64,000 bases of DNA from Gnetum montanum (taxonomy: Eukaryota; Plantae; Gnetophyta). The notes beneath the pieces were generated by a model. It worked only from the letters and a program-made list of their open reading frames with translations. It was not told the origin of the DNA and searched no databases. Shown piece by piece: positions 24,983 to 39,306 of this stretch; positions within the stretch are counted from its first letter, which is position 1, and the number at the start of each line of letters is the position of its first letter. Where the stretch lies: assembly GCA_015680685.1 (NCBI GenBank), contig MNCI01002105.1, forward strand, positions 381,734-445,733, in the 5' to 3' direction. The translations under genes were made by a program, and so were the position numbers.

Positions 24983-25878
24983 TGATGAGTGGTGAGGTAC
25001 CCCTACACTCAACCATACGAAACGAGGATAGCACACACGATCCAGTCGAACTCCGTAGACTAAATGCCTACACGCCCCATGGAACACTTGGGGTTAATCA
25101 TTCGTTGTCTTCCCAGACTTACTTGTGTTTGTCACGGTGTATGGTTAAGTAAGTCTGAGGTATATGATTTTTATAATCTTTTCTGGTTTTATCTCCTATG
25201 CTATGAGGTGAAGGGTTGAGAAAACTAACTAACTCTAACTAATGTCCTAAGTCTAAATTAACTAGTGTCACCATCCATTCCCACTTACCGTACACACCCT
25301 GAACTATGCAACTGTGGCTACCAAATGCTAATCGTTACTGGGATCACCACACGTAACGCACATGCTCGAAGTGGTCATACTGAGGCACTTAACTAGAAGG
25401 AAAGGGTAAGAGAATCTAATCGCGATGAGCAGCCGATTCCTTGATTAGCCATACACATTCGTCAATACTTGTAATCAAGTCGTACTCATGCTGCGCTACT
25501 GTAGGTAATAAATAACAGGTAGGAAATAACAAGTAATAAAATCCTATTCCATGCACTACAAGGTTTATCTACAAAGCTCATCTTTATTGCTGTACACAAC
25601 TTACGTTCAGGTACAAAGCTGCTCGAATAAAGATCTGTTCACTTAGGGACTCCTACTGCGGGCACATGGAAAATATTCTATCTTTGGAGTGATCAATCTT
25701 CCAAATTTTTCCTACTTTAGGCCTAGGATGGAAAATAAGGGAAGTGTCGCCTCTTATTTTTAGATTTGGCGGCAGACCACAATATCGCATACACGACATC
25801 GTAGGGGATGACGCGATATCGCGTACATGATATCGCATGGGATGCAATATCACAGCTTGTGCATATCGTGTCTCATCA
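24983..25878 (-). mobile_element. Solo LTR (TGATGA...CATCA family) with 5-bp TSD AATAG, inserted in LTR of element B
   Basis: aatag|TGATGAG...CTCATCA|aatag; left end near-identical to 39307 LTR, whose PPT gives the orientation. Confidence 0.85.
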
Positions 25879-26661
25879 AATAGGTTAATTAAGTTTATCA
25901 CTCAAACTCATTAGTTCTCTTTTTCCTTCCTATCATTTCTAGTTCATGGATAATAGGTTAAGTCCACATTTTATTAGAAGTTCATGTTCTTTCGTGTCAT
26001 AATCATTAACTTATTAAAGGTTATATCAAATCAAAGACCATTTGTGGCCTTGAGTTAGGTATTTTACATTTGTTTTTTGGAGGTGTTCTTGTAAGATTAG
26101 AAAAGCATATTTTTGTGGGAACACTTTTGGCACTAGAAAGAAGGTCAATAGGTTTTTCTAGTGTCATGAACCCATTTCCTAGTAATCTAAGGGTCCTTTC
26201 TAATACCTGGAATGTTTTACATTNAATCAATCTTCCAAATTTTTCCTACTTTAAGCCTAGGATGGAAAATAAGGGAAGTGTCGCCTCTTATTTATAGATT
26301 TGGCGGCAGACCACAATATCGCATACACGACATCGTAGGGGACGACGTGATATCGCGTACGTGATATCGTATGGGATGCAATATCACAGTTTGTGCATAT
26401 CTTGTCTCATCAAATAGGTTAATTAAGTTTATCACTCAAACTCATTATTTCTCTTTTTCCTTCCTATCATTTCTAGTTCATGGATAATAGGTTAAGTCCA
26501 CATTTTATTAGAAGTTCATGTTCTTTCATGTCATAATCATTAACTTATTAAAGGTTATATCAAATCAAAGACCATTTGTGGCCTTGATTTAGGTATTTTA
26601 CATTTGTTTTTTGGAGGTGTTCTTGTAATATTAGAAAAGCATATTTTTGTGGGAACACTTT

Positions 26662-26678
26662 TGGCACTAGAAAGAAGG
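26662..26678 (+). other. PBS, tRNA-Asn type (element B)
   Basis: tggcactagaaagaagg is a decayed TGGCGCTAGAAGGAGGG, complementary to the plant tRNA-Asn 3' end as I recall it (...CCCUCCUUCUAGCGCCA). Confidence 0.65.
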
Positions 26679-27011
26679 TCAATAGGTTTTTCTAGTGTCA
26701 TGAACCCATTGCCTAGTAATCTAAGGGTCCTTTCTAATACCTGGAATGTTTTACATTTTTATTACTTAGTTTATTTTCCACTTTATACTTAATCTTATTT
26801 CTGAGTATGTGTAGAAGATACTTGTTAACACCATGTTTGACCAAGGTTTTGACTCCTCTAACATCTTCTAGATTTGTAGACATTGAAGATAGAGAAGGCA
26901 TAGGCTCTCATGACATCCATGATTTATCATTACTACTAGGTTACATCTGCCAAGCAAGAGTTGCATGTAGCACTCTCAAAGAATGAGCTAAAGAGGTAGG
27001 TTGCTTATGAA

Positions 27012-30000
27012 ATGGCTAATGATTTGGAATCATTCTTGCTTGACCCAAACCATTCCATTGAGTTTGATTAGTTTGAACAGGCTATGTTAGCAAAGTGCTT
27101 GATCATCAGAAACAAAGTCTAGGTAATGATGAGTGTGGAATTTCAATAGAGATATGCTATAAGGGATTACCTCATGGGACATTTCAATATCAATTTTAGC
27201 AATAAGAATTACCAATTCCAAGACCAATATAGTAATGGAAATTGTGGCATCAACATTCATGATGATGATGGAAAGAAAAATTCACATATTTCCCTACTTA
27301 TAGACCTCTTCCATCATCCACCTTCATTACCTTGAAGTCTTGTTTTATAGCATGTAAATCTCATTAGTTCCAACAATCTAGTTTTTATTGGCATACCTCA
27401 AACTGTTGCTCCAAAAACTCCTACTTTAGCTAATTTTATAGTCATTGTTCCACCTATAACTAACTTATCTCTAGCCTACAGTCTTTTCCCAAGCATAACT
27501 ATAGTTAATCCTACAAATTGAGCTTTAGTTCAAGGTACTAACCCACCACTTAATTCTTTTCAAGTATTGTTCCATATAGTTCCAATTTGATAATCATAGA
27601 TTTCTCTAACTTTTCTCTTACTTTCATCTACATACTACATTCCTCACCATAATGTTGTACTATTATCATCTTTTCCCACCATGGTACCTATTCAACTAGT
27701 GTTAATTGCTCACAATCCTATTCTAAATAATCTTGCTCAAAATATTCCTAGGGTTCCTTCCAAATCAATGATGTTATTACATGATCTATCCTCTAGGTTG
27801 CAAATGAATGAAGATTAAACCAAAAAGGTAATTGCATTACATGGTAATAGTATTGTTATCTCTATTTTCAATCTCCACATTAATCATATTAGCCCCTTAA
27901 TTTTATGCACTCAAGTTTCCAAAGGAGTCTCACTACCAAATTTTACGAAGTACAATGCAGAGTGTGATTCCACAAATCAGGTAATCACTTTTTGCAATAA
28001 ATGCATGTTGCTAGCCAACTATTCCCACTGTATCCTTAGAAATTTCTATAATTTCCTAACTAACAAAGCCCTTGAATGATGTAGATCCATCTCTTATGGG
28101 CCTATTACTTTCCTAAAATAGCTCTTCATCACTTTCATGCAGAGGTTTAAGTATGAAATCACTAAAGATGGTTCTTTGCAAAAGCTTCTTGTAATTAAAT
28201 AGGCTCACAATGAGTCCATCTCTAAGTTCATCTCAAAATGGACATCAATCATAATGGAGCTCACACATCCACTTATTGATGAATAGCTCCTTGATATCTT
28301 TGAAGGATATGTAAACAATGACATCAGAGGCAAGTTGATCTATCCTAGGCCACTTAACCTCTACAATGTTATTACTTCTACCAAGTCCATTAAAGAGGTA
28401 GTGATTCTAAGTAATGATCTAGAGTGGATCAACTTTCATAATAAGGCTAACAAATTAGCAAATAAGAAGAAATCTTTCTAAAATTAAGGGCAAATGGTGA
28501 TATTTGTAAACTAAGCTTCATCATAAAATAATGAAGGAAATGGTGAGAAAAAGAACTCAAATACTAAGCCTAATGGTGCTAGGAAAAACTCATTCAACAA
28601 TGGACAAAGGAAACCATCCAATGACAAGTATAAATATCACAAGTTACCATTGACTTAAACATAACATTACAACATGTTAATGAAAGAGGAGCATATTACT
28701 CAAAAATAGATCTTAGAGTAAACAAAATCATCATTCAAAAGGGTTCAAACTTTGGCTATTGATCCTTCCTAGTGGGTAGAAGAAGACCCACCTATCCCAA
28801 AGTGGTACAATCTTAAAAAGATTTGTTACTATAATGATGTTGTAGTACATGATACTGATGATTACAACATACCCAAGGATGATGTTCAAGCCTTTGTAAA
28901 AAAGGAAAAAAATTATTCAATACACTAGCATNTCCAAGGATGATGTTCAAGCCTTTGTAAAAAAGGAAAAAAATTATTCAATACACTAGTATAACTAAGA
29001 AACTAGAACATGCAAATTTTTCAGGATCTACTAAACACCCATTTAAGGAGAAATTCTTCCTTCCATTTGGAGAGTAAGGTAAACCAACCCAAGACATCCT
29101 TTGTGTTCCAAATGAGTCTCACTCAAGATAATTCCCATTCATCTCATTAACTAAATATATTAGGATATAGAAATCTTTTTTTTAATCACCTTCCTTGGAA
29201 TGATGCTAGCTCTTTCCCATCCTAAAATGCACATAGGGCTCCATTAGTCATTGACATGATACCTTACTCTGATGAAGCCTCTACACATTCAATGTTCTTG
29301 TTGCTTATTCTTTGTCTCCTCAAAGAGATCACCTTCCCTTATAAATACCATCAAGGCTTGTTGGCTATCTTCCCATATTATCTTATGTAGCATCTTCCCC
29401 TTTATGTCCATTCTTCCCATCTAAGTCATTGAAGCTTCTATTGCTTCCTACCTAGCATAATCAATTAGGATCCTAACATGAGCTTAAAAGGAGGCTAAAC
29501 AAGATAAAGGTAAGGAGAGAACATACTATCAAATAGCTTATTTAAAACAAAAGGAAAGTCTTCTTTTAGGTTAAACTTGTTATCACTTCTTCTTTTTCCA
29601 TTATCATACTAGCTTCTATCACATCAAATTTTATCTCTTATGCACCTACAACTAAGAAGTTAATACCTAGGAGTAAAGCATTACCCCAAATCATAGCAAA
29701 AATGAAATCAAAGAAGACTAAAGTTTTCGTTTTTGAATAGATTTCAATCTCAAAGTAATACTTTTTGGTGTTGGAGAAACTACTTAAACCAATTACAATG
29801 CCTACAAACATTTAACCACACACTTGAGCAATCTCATTTATTCTTAACACTTCAAAGTATGAGGCAAACTACTTGGTTTTTAAAGGGAAAAATATTAAGA
29901 CTCATCCTACAATGGATTGTATATGCCAACTTTTGATCTACATCACAATACAAGTTGAAGATAACCTATCCCTACCTTCCATGCAAGTTGATGATGGAGT

Positions 30001-30121
30001 TGGAATTAATGTCATTTTATGATTTATCATTGAGTGTCTTAGGCTTAAAAAATAACTTATGAACTTTAATTATAACTCATCGTTGATCTCTTTTAGTGGT
30101 GCTAGAGTATAAATTTTAGGT
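27012..30121 (+). pseudogene. gag: gag-protease of element B, heavily decayed
   Basis: PNFTKYNAECD; decayed knuckle ICYYNDVVVHDTDD; MQVDDGVGINV...SLISFSGARV. Confidence 0.7.
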
Positions 30122-30899
30122 AGACAAAAAATAAGACCCTAGTATTCTTATAATCTTATAGAATGGTTAGCAAATCTCCACCAAAATGCCTGAAATCCAA
30201 AAATCCCCCAAATTGCATGGCAAATCCCATCTTAGAAAAATACATAGTATTCATAAACTAGAAAATAAAAACTTAAAGTGCTATACTTAAATAAAAAATG
30301 ACTAAATTAGAAGCTTACTATTTAATATTTTTGAACCATAGTCAAGACAAAAGCTAGGATTCTAATAAAATTCTAAATCTATTCAACAAGTTAGTTCTGT
30401 AATCATGATTACTATGTGTTATAATGTTACATCTTAGAATACATTCAAAAATATATTGACATGGTGTTCGGTATCTTAGTTGTAGTACAAAATTATATTC
30501 CAAAATACATTCAAAAATACACCAACATGGTGTTTGGTATCTTGGTTACATNATGTTTTCTTTCCTTTCATGCATATCTAGATTTTTATGTTTACTTTAT
30601 ATTATTTGGATTACATTTGTTTTTATTTTGTACTACAAAAAATTGAAAAACATAAACACATAAAACTTAGCAAGAATCATAAACATAGCAAACCAAAAAA
30701 TTATAAAAACATAAACACAAAATCAATAAAGAATAACAATTCTTGTATTATAGTCAATGTTCATAGTACAACCATCATCAACAAAATACATCCCATATAA
30801 AAATTAAAAATATATAAATACTATCACAATTATTATATTTATCATCTAACATAGCTTCTGAGTTGTAAATACTAGCTATCTAAAGCCCCATAATGAGAA

Positions 30900-33800
30900 G
30901 GAAAAATCTTACTTACCACTTCTACATCTCCTTCATACTTTGCCCTACTAACAAAACCTCTTGGAGACTCCACATATGCGATAACAGGAGAAAACATAAA
31001 ATGTTAAAAAACATAAAAATCCAAAAAATAATAAGATGAATAAGATCTAAATAAAAATATATTAAGAGGAATAAAGATAAAAATTGCATAAAATAAGTTA
31101 ACTAAAACATTTTCCCTTTCTTGTAGCTATGCCACCAGGACCTACTTCATCTCCATCATATCCCACCAACACTACTTCCTTAGAGACCTCATATCCATTC
31201 ATATCTACTAGCTTTTAAGTGATCTCCTTTAGTGAAAGAAATTTAAAACCTAGCTCCTCTAGATGCACATCCAATACATCTAGAAGAGTACGGTCCTCTA
31301 TGCTAGTCTCTTTCACAAATCTACCACCCTTGTTTCTCACCATAGAATTAGAAGCTTAAATCTATTTCTCTTTCCTATGTATAGTCACAATCTCTTCAAG
31401 GGCCATTAATATGTCACTTGCTCTCATATTTTCAATTAACATATCCCTCACTCTTCTTTCAGTTCTCCTCCTTTAGTTATTTTGAGAGAAGTAAGTTTTA
31501 CCTCCTGTAAGATAACTTATTTCTCATGTGCTATCTTTCCCATTTCTCCTAAGTTGAATAGTTTTTCCTCAACTTAATGCTCAACATCTCCATGATTAAC
31601 AACTTGTATTTCCGAATAGTATGAGTAGCCATCAAGAAGTCCAACGAATCACTTAGTTGCCAAGAGAAGAAAGCCACAAACTTATGATGCACCATCTTGC
31701 TTCCATGAAGGCCAACCTCTAGATTTCTTACCTCTTCTTTCAACTTGGTAATTTTGGATACCATCTTTCTTTTCTCTTTCTTAACTTCTAGTAACTCCAT
31801 TGTTAAGTCCATGAAATAATTAACTTGTTTCATTGCTACTGAAGTCATATTTGTCTTGTACTAAGTGAAGGCATGCATCCTTTTCTAAATTTCAAGGTAA
31901 TAATGTGAAGGAGATTGGAGGGTAAGATCTAGAATAGATACTTTCTTGCAATCAACCAAAACCTAGACATCTATTAAAGTACCTAGTAATTACACCTCCA
32001 ACTAATTAAAACAATCTAATCACTAATCTAGCATTATAGATCAAATTAATGAGGGCCAAATATAAATCTTAATTTCTTTGTAAAGTTGTCTACGATCCCA
32101 TGAATCAATTTTTTCTTATCTATATGCTTCCAAAATATTCCCAAAATATCTATTCATATAAAGATAAAAAATGAAAATCAAGACTCACAAATAAAATTAA
32201 CCCTAAAATAAAGATAAATAAAACCATTAGCTTACTAAAGGTTAATGGTTATTTTCCTATAATTTCTCTTTAATCCATCTCTTCCAAACCTCCTCTAAAA
32301 TGCACCCCTCTCCTTGGGGTAGGACCTCAACTACCTTTGGAAGAGATGCCATCTTATCAATGTTACTATCATCTAATCCATGATCTGCATGATAATCTAT
32401 TAGTTACTATTAGAGCATGGAACAATAAACATTATCCTATAGGAACCATATTCTCACAAACACTAAATAATTTGAAATCCTATCTTCTTTCTTCAAATCA
32501 AAATCTAACTCTTCTTTGAAGAGTACATTTGGCAAGGAATTATTCTCTTCTCTCTCTACTTCTTTTAGTGTCTCTTTCTTCCCAACTTGAGCTTCTTCCT
32601 ACCTTCTTATTTCTTATCTTTTCTTTTTGCTTCTTCTTACACTTTGCTCTTTACCTCTTTTTAGGCTTTTCTTTCCTCTTTTTATCTTTTACTCTCCTCT
32701 TCTACCTTAGCTAATGATTCTCATTCCACTTTCTTCTTGGCTTTCATTGTAGCTATTAATCATTAATGTAATTCGTAAAATATGAGAATAAAAAAAACAT
32801 TAAAAATAATAAATATGAAAATTTGAGCCATAAAATGAAAACATTAAAATATAATAATAATAATAATAACCCAAAAAATTAACACCAATTTTTCTAACTT
32901 ACCTAATCTCTTTGCAACCTTAGATGCCTCTATGTACAATCACTCATCCTATAAGTCATAGATATCAATAGGATCGACATCATTGATCCTTATCTTATTT
33001 GTTGTTTGAACCTTCTCCTATGTGCTTAAGGCACACTCTCTAGTCACTACTGTTCCTTGTATAGGATTCTCACAAGTATAGCACTTCGTGGAAAATGCTA
33101 TATTGTTATGCATCAAAGATTCAACTATATCTCCTAGCAATGAGGATGCTACCTTTAATGGTTCATTGAAGGTACTAGGTAGAGTCATCATGATGCTAGT
33201 AATATTCTATAAAAGTAGGGAAGTTCTCCTCATTAAGAACTTTCCCTTTTTAACAATTGGTACATGCCAAAAACTTCACAAAGCAACATAACATACCATA
33301 ATAAAAATTGAAATTTAACAAGTTGTTGGAACTCTCACCATTAAGAAGATTAACATTTTTCAACTCCGTTGATATCTTTTTGTCTAGGTAACTTTCCCAA
33401 TAATAACAAGTACAATGAACCATGACATTATAAATGATTGTGAGCCATAGGGGAGAGGCAACCCTTCTCTGTTAAATCTTACCATAAAAGATCATCTTAA
33501 TAAAAAGGTGATACTTCTCTACCAGATCATGATTATCACACTTAATAATATTGTAACCTCTATAATTGTACTCCCTGATTTATTGATTATGTTTTTATCA
33601 CTAAAAGACAAATTTTCATTGCCCTCTATTGAAAAATCTCCATTGAAAAAAATTAAACTAGTATCTTAGTGATTCCCAATTCCAAGGCAAGATCACCTCT
33701 TTTCCATGAACTTGAAATACAAACAACTATTGCTAGCTCAAATAATATTTGACCATAGCAACTACATTCACGTGTAAAATCTTAAGAGACCTTAGTATGA

Positions 33801-36800
33801 AGATAGGTTTCAACCTTGCTTGTTTCAATATGGGAAGGTATTTCCTCCTAGGTCAACTCACTAGCCACCTATGACTAGTGCGAGAGTTATGAACATTGAT
33901 CTTTAGGTAGATCTCCTTCACATTCCAAGCTTAATGTAAATAACATTTGAGATCTAGATTTTATCAATCAAGATCAAAACATAGGCAATAAAAAATAAAT
34001 ACATATCTCTACATATAGTTAAAATAAGAGTATAAGAGAAAAACTAAGTGTCAACATATGAAATAAAACATGAACACGAAAAATTTATTTCACATTTCCT
34101 AAGGTACCTTTAGGCATTAATTAAATGCAAGACCACTTCATAATTTTTCCCTTAGTTTCAAATTTGGTCTCTCATGAAGGGCATGGACCAAACTTGCCTA
34201 TTGGATGGCATGATACCACATATGCTGCCTGACTTTGTCCATTTCATCAAGAAAACACATGAATACTATAGAATTTTAGGTCTTCTTCAGAGCAATTTCA
34301 CAAAGCATATGTTCTAGAATCTCTAGGTAATAGTGGGAATCATAATAAAAATTTTAAGCTTAGAAAAATTAATACAAAATTAAAAATTTATGATAATGTA
34401 TCTAGACACCATGATGTGAGTACCCATAGGACTAAACATGCTTTAATCCTACTAAGGATCTAATAATAAAATCAAGTTCATATTAAACCACATGTATGGA
34501 TGATCTTTCTATAAGAAATCTAGCTTCTTTCAATGAACCTCTCTAGTCTTACCAAAAATACTCCTTTTGATGACTTTCATGTCTGTATCCTTCTAGATTA
34601 CATAACCTAATAGCATTCCATAAACACCTAGGTAGATTAGCTCAAGAGCATGAGAGATTGTAGGTTAGGGTAATAAGATCCACATGAGCACATAAAAATA
34701 TTCTAGGTAGACCTCTAAGGAGCATCTAATTCTATAATGAGTCCACATTTAGGTAGGATATAGTGATTGATCATTAATAATTGGAAGAGTCTTCATCCTT
34801 CTAGATTTTCCAGTGATAGTGAGACCCGTATCGCAGATCAAAAAGTACATTAGATTTATCACCAATAGCCTATGTAATATATGATCCCTATACAACATAC
34901 TAACAAAAACAAAAGTTAGTATTTATGAGCTAAGAAAAATATGAATGTGAAAGCATGAAATAAAGAGCATTTAAGCATTAAAGTTCAAATAATATGGTGA
35001 TAGCATTAGTCAACATAGCACACATGATATGATTATGTTAATAGACATTGCCAAACAATGCCCAAGAGACAATAATTCCAACCAAATATGACAAAGATAC
35101 TAGACTAATACAAGCCCTACAAGTCAAGACTTAGTCATTTCAAAATCCTTCATTCTTCATACTTAATGATTTTTACATCCTTGTTCTTTTTCATGCTTAG
35201 GTATTTTTTCTTCTTTAACCCTAGAAACATAGCTATTAGTTCCACATTCTATAGTTAGACTTTTTATTCTCAATATATTTCTAATACTTAACTAAATTTT
35301 TTGGTTTCTTAGTTTGATAACACTTAGTCAAATCTTATCTCATCTAACTAATACTTAGCTAATTTTTAAACTTCATCTTCCTCTTATACTTAAGTCAAAA
35401 TTTGGTTTATTATGCTTCTTATACTTAGCCAAATTTTAGTTGATCGTTCCTTTTAACATTTAAACTTTTTTCCCATTCCCTAGTTCAATACTTAATCAAA
35501 TTTTGACTTCCCTACTTCCCACACTTAGTTAACTTTGACTTTTTCTAGGTTTTCCAACACTTAGTTAAGTTTCAATCTTAACTTCACCATACTTAGATAA
35601 ATTTTTGATTCTTTCACTTCTTAATACTTAGTCAAATTTAATGTCATTTCCCTCATCTCTATACTTAGCTAAATCTTTGATTTTCTCTCCTTCTCCTACC
35701 AAATTAAATTTTAGTTTCCTTTTCTTAGCCAAACTTTCCTTTTTCCTACTAATAGTTAATCAACTTTTTGGTTTTCATTCTCAATAGTTAGATAAACTTT
35801 TGACTTCATTTCTCATTCTCATCACTTAGCCAAAATTTTGTTTCTCTTCTTGGCTTTCCAAAACTTAGTAAAATTTTAGTCTTTCCTTGTATAGAATTTA
35901 GCCAAGGTTTGGATTCCTACATGCTCTTGATACTTAGGAAAAATTTTAAAATTTTCCTCCCTACTCTTTCATACTTATCCAATTCTTGGCCTTCCCTACT
36001 TGCCACTCTATAATTAGTCATACCTTGATTTTCCCCCTACTTCCAAGGAATTAGTTAAATTTTTTGATTTTTCATTTATCGACTTGCCTACTTAGTCATG
36101 TCTTTGATTTTTTTTTCTATGTAGCATTCCACTCACATAGAATGCTTACTCCTCATCTAACCCATAGGTGGGTGATGTTGATGCACTCATTAACATCATC
36201 CCTATGAAATCAAGTCATGTGTATCTTTTCCCTAGATTTTATTTGACTACAAACTTTTCAATTATTAAAAAGTAGAGAAAAAAATTTTATAGGTAAGTGC
36301 CTAGGTGTTCGTTAGCATTAGGGATGCACTAGCCCAATGCCAACTTGATCCCTAACCTTAGGAAAAATACCTACTATCACTTTCTTCCTTCCTGCATACA
36401 TAAAAAAATATTCTTTTTAAAATAAAAACAAATAGAACAATGTCAATTTCTTACTTTCCCTATGTTGCCTATTCTCTCCATGCCATCCTTACCTTGGCAA
36501 TTCTGTGTGACACTTCAGTATGCCATCTATCATCTCTTTGTTTCCCTTCTCATACCTACATCCATGCTATTTTCTATCCTTCATGCATAGTGTAAAAATC
36601 CACATTTCTTTCAATTCCCCTATCCAAAGCAATGTTTTCTTACCCTTGAGGGTGTTGTGTCTAGTCTTAGGCCACCATGGCTAGCCCCTACATATCCCAA
36701 TCTACTTCTCTACACCACTAATTCAATAGCTTTGCCCCTGCTCATTTCTTCTCAACCTCATGAAAATCCTTATGTTGAAGCCTTTTCCTTTCTCTTAGTC

Positions 36801-37227
36801 CTTAAACCTAGCAAGCACCAATTTCCTACCTTGCTAGTCTACATTAGTGTCACAACTACATTAGGCTAGCATGGTCAGTTTCACCACCACTAGCACATGC
36901 CATTGCAACCAGTGTTGTTGCTTGCATAGTGCAACATGATAGCCATTGCTATAATTAGTGACTAGCATTGTGGCTCATGTAGCTTCCATTAGTATCACCA
37001 ATGTCCTATGTGATCATATATATTGCCAAACATGCACCATTCCTACCTTGTCTTCAGACTCTAGTAAGATGAAAACTTAAAAAGATAGGGCACAAGACCA
37101 CTTACCTAGGTGTTATAAGCATGAACCTCTATCTCACCCTTGCATCCTCTACCTCTAGTCCATATGTCTTATAGTAGGACCTACTAGCCTCCTCGTCATG
37201 TGTGGTCCAACCTCTTCTTCTCGCCAT
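30900..37227 (-). pseudogene. Antisense spliced gene of element B, homologous to that of A. Exon 1 37227-37106, FCP1-like exon 34887-34402, PMD-like ~33900-32905, K/E-rich and coiled-coil exons ~32750-30900
   Basis: RLLVINLMYFL...LEVYLEYFYVLMW...KKLDFL*...ILLLDP...MFSPMGT; VHGKEV and YYWESYL match IKGVKV and YNWAQFL in A; introns 1 and 2 both phase 2, as in A. Confidence 0.65.
35280..36100. repeat. Array of AYACTTAGnnAAATTT motif in intron 1 of antisense gene B
   Basis: About 20 spaced copies such as atacttagccaaatttt and acacttagtcaaatc; reverse complement aaatttttctaagtgt recurs at 23365-23830. Confidence 0.8.
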
Positions 37228-37705
37228 GTTATGACATCTCTAAATACAACTCACAAACATAATGCACTCCAAGCTTACAAGATGTAAAATGGCCAAAATT
37301 CCTAACTCTCACCTTAGTTTTTCTTTTATCATCTCCTTTTTTCTTGGTTTTACTTTTTTTAACTAATGCAAGAATAACTATTCCCAATGCACACTAACAT
37401 GGGGTCATGTGTTCCCAAGAAACCTTGATGCAGAACCCATGTCACCAGTTTAGCTTTACATGTCACCCCTCAACCTCGATGTCCCAAATCTTCCATTGAG
37501 ATTCCAAGATGATTTCAAACTTACTCAAATTAGCCTACAATGTTTTTAAACCTTCTCCAACTTAAAATTTCATCTAAAAGTTAACTTTAAAAATAAAAAA
37601 ATTTGTTTCCTCTTCCTACTTAGTCTTCACTCAACTTATAACTTTTTCTCTATGATTTTTCTTTATTTATTCCTTGTAAATATCTTTTCTTCTCATGCTT
37701 TGTAG

Positions 37706-38160
37706 GTTATCAACCTCACCATTCCCCATCAATTATGTGAATCACTCTTCTTAGATGAGCCCCATTACAACATCACCATGCCTTTGGATGAGGACTTAAT
37801 AAATTTAATCCTTCTAGACTCCTTGGACTTACTCATGTTAACCTTAGATGTCATCGAGAAGGACATAATTTTTCAAAAAAACCTTATCATTTTGGACTGT
37901 GAACCAATGCTAACCAATAATTATCTTATAGAACTTGTCATTATCAATCACTGAAATAAGGAAAAGATGCTACAATTAGGGGTAAATTTGCTCAACAATC
38001 TTAAGAAGTCCATCCTAGCCATGCTTCAAACAAATTCTGTCATCTTTGCCTATGGCTATGATAAGATGCTAGGCTTAGACTCATCTTTGGTTCAACATAA
38101 CATCATTCTTGGGGAGGGATCCAAGCTTGTTAAACATAAAGCTAGATAGATCAACATAAC
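37706..38160 (+). pseudogene. pol: N-terminal pol fragment of element B after a splice-acceptor-like tract
   Basis: cttttcttctcatgctttgtag| at 37705; SLFLDEPH ~ PLTIDGPY of A; pre-RT motif at 38040-38150. Confidence 0.65.
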
Positions 38161-39306
38161 ATCTACATAGATTCATCTTTTTCAATGCATAGTATAAAAG
38201 GGATGAATAACCAACCTTGTTTTGTTAGGCCTAGAACAAGATGATGATGATAATGATGATCATAGAAGAAATGAATCCTTCTAGAGTTATCCTTTCAACA
38301 AATTTTATCAAAGGGCAACCAAGGTTACATCAATTGTTGAATTTTTTATCCTCTACAAGTAAGTTGCACACATTTTTCTATCTTTTAGAAGTAGCATCCA
38401 TCATCCATCATGTGTAAGCAATGTTCATTATTTTCCAATTTTGAGCAAGAGCTTTGTATACAACTTTTTAATTTGTTCTTTATTGAATAATTTCTTCAAG
38501 TATCTTTCAATTATCCTCTATTCTTTTTCTTACATCTAATATTTTCTAAAGTGCAAAAGTGTAAAAGGGTTTTGAACTTTCAATATTTTTGTATTTATGA
38601 GTATATTTTTTGATTTTTTTGAGTTGTGTAAGTATTTTTTTTCTACTTTAAATTTACTTGTGGTGCAGTTTGTAATTCTGTGTTAATTTTCAAGTTTTTA
38701 CTAGTAACATAGAAGTGATTAGTTAGGTTTTTACTAACTACAAAAAACTAATTTGTTAGGCAATAGCTTATCAGGGCATTCTAAAAGGTATCAAATCTCT
38801 TTATGAATTTTCCAAATTAGAATTTTTATCCTTCTAACTTACTACAAGCAAACCTCTAAATATAAATCATAGTACTACAAGTAGCATATGTCTAAAAATT
38901 AAAGATTTGATTTATATATTGCTATTGCTTAATCCAACAAAATAAACTGCAAGTATATTAAAATAGATGTTAAACCCCTATTCTATAAAGATGAAATTCA
39001 AAGTACATGTTTGTAGTTGATGTGCTTTAATTACTTGTACTTTGTATTGTTCAATAATGTAACAAGAGTATCATAACCAAAGAACCTTAATTACTTATGT
39101 TACAATTACATAATTAAAATAGTATTTATAAACTTCTCAATTATTTTTGGTTCCAACACCCTTCCCCTCCCCCCACCACCCCCACCCCTAAACAATAAAA
39201 TAAAAAGATTCAATTCTAGGATTTTTCAATACATTTTAACAAAAGCATTTAAAACTTAAAAATCTCAATGAAAATAGATATATTTCAATTTGTAAAGGTG
39301 CCCTAT

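Larger units (their letters stand above)
23230..38160 (+). mobile_element. Element B: old Tat-type element. 5' LTR (start uncertain, end 26657), PBS, gag-PR, ~7.6 kb interval with antisense gene, start of pol; 3' truncated
   Basis: gggaACA-cttt-TGGCACTAGAAAGAAGG; gag FTKYN motif ~27940; PR VDDG ~29990; FAYGYDKMLGLD...VQHNIIL...KHKAR at 38040-38150. Confidence 0.75.

Noticed and set aside
25690-26760. ~530 bp tandem duplication including LTR end and PBS
   Set aside because: Copies are separated by a single n (26224) and near-identical; likely scaffold overlap or haplotype duplication. Same applies near 11282, 13171, 23393 and 28932
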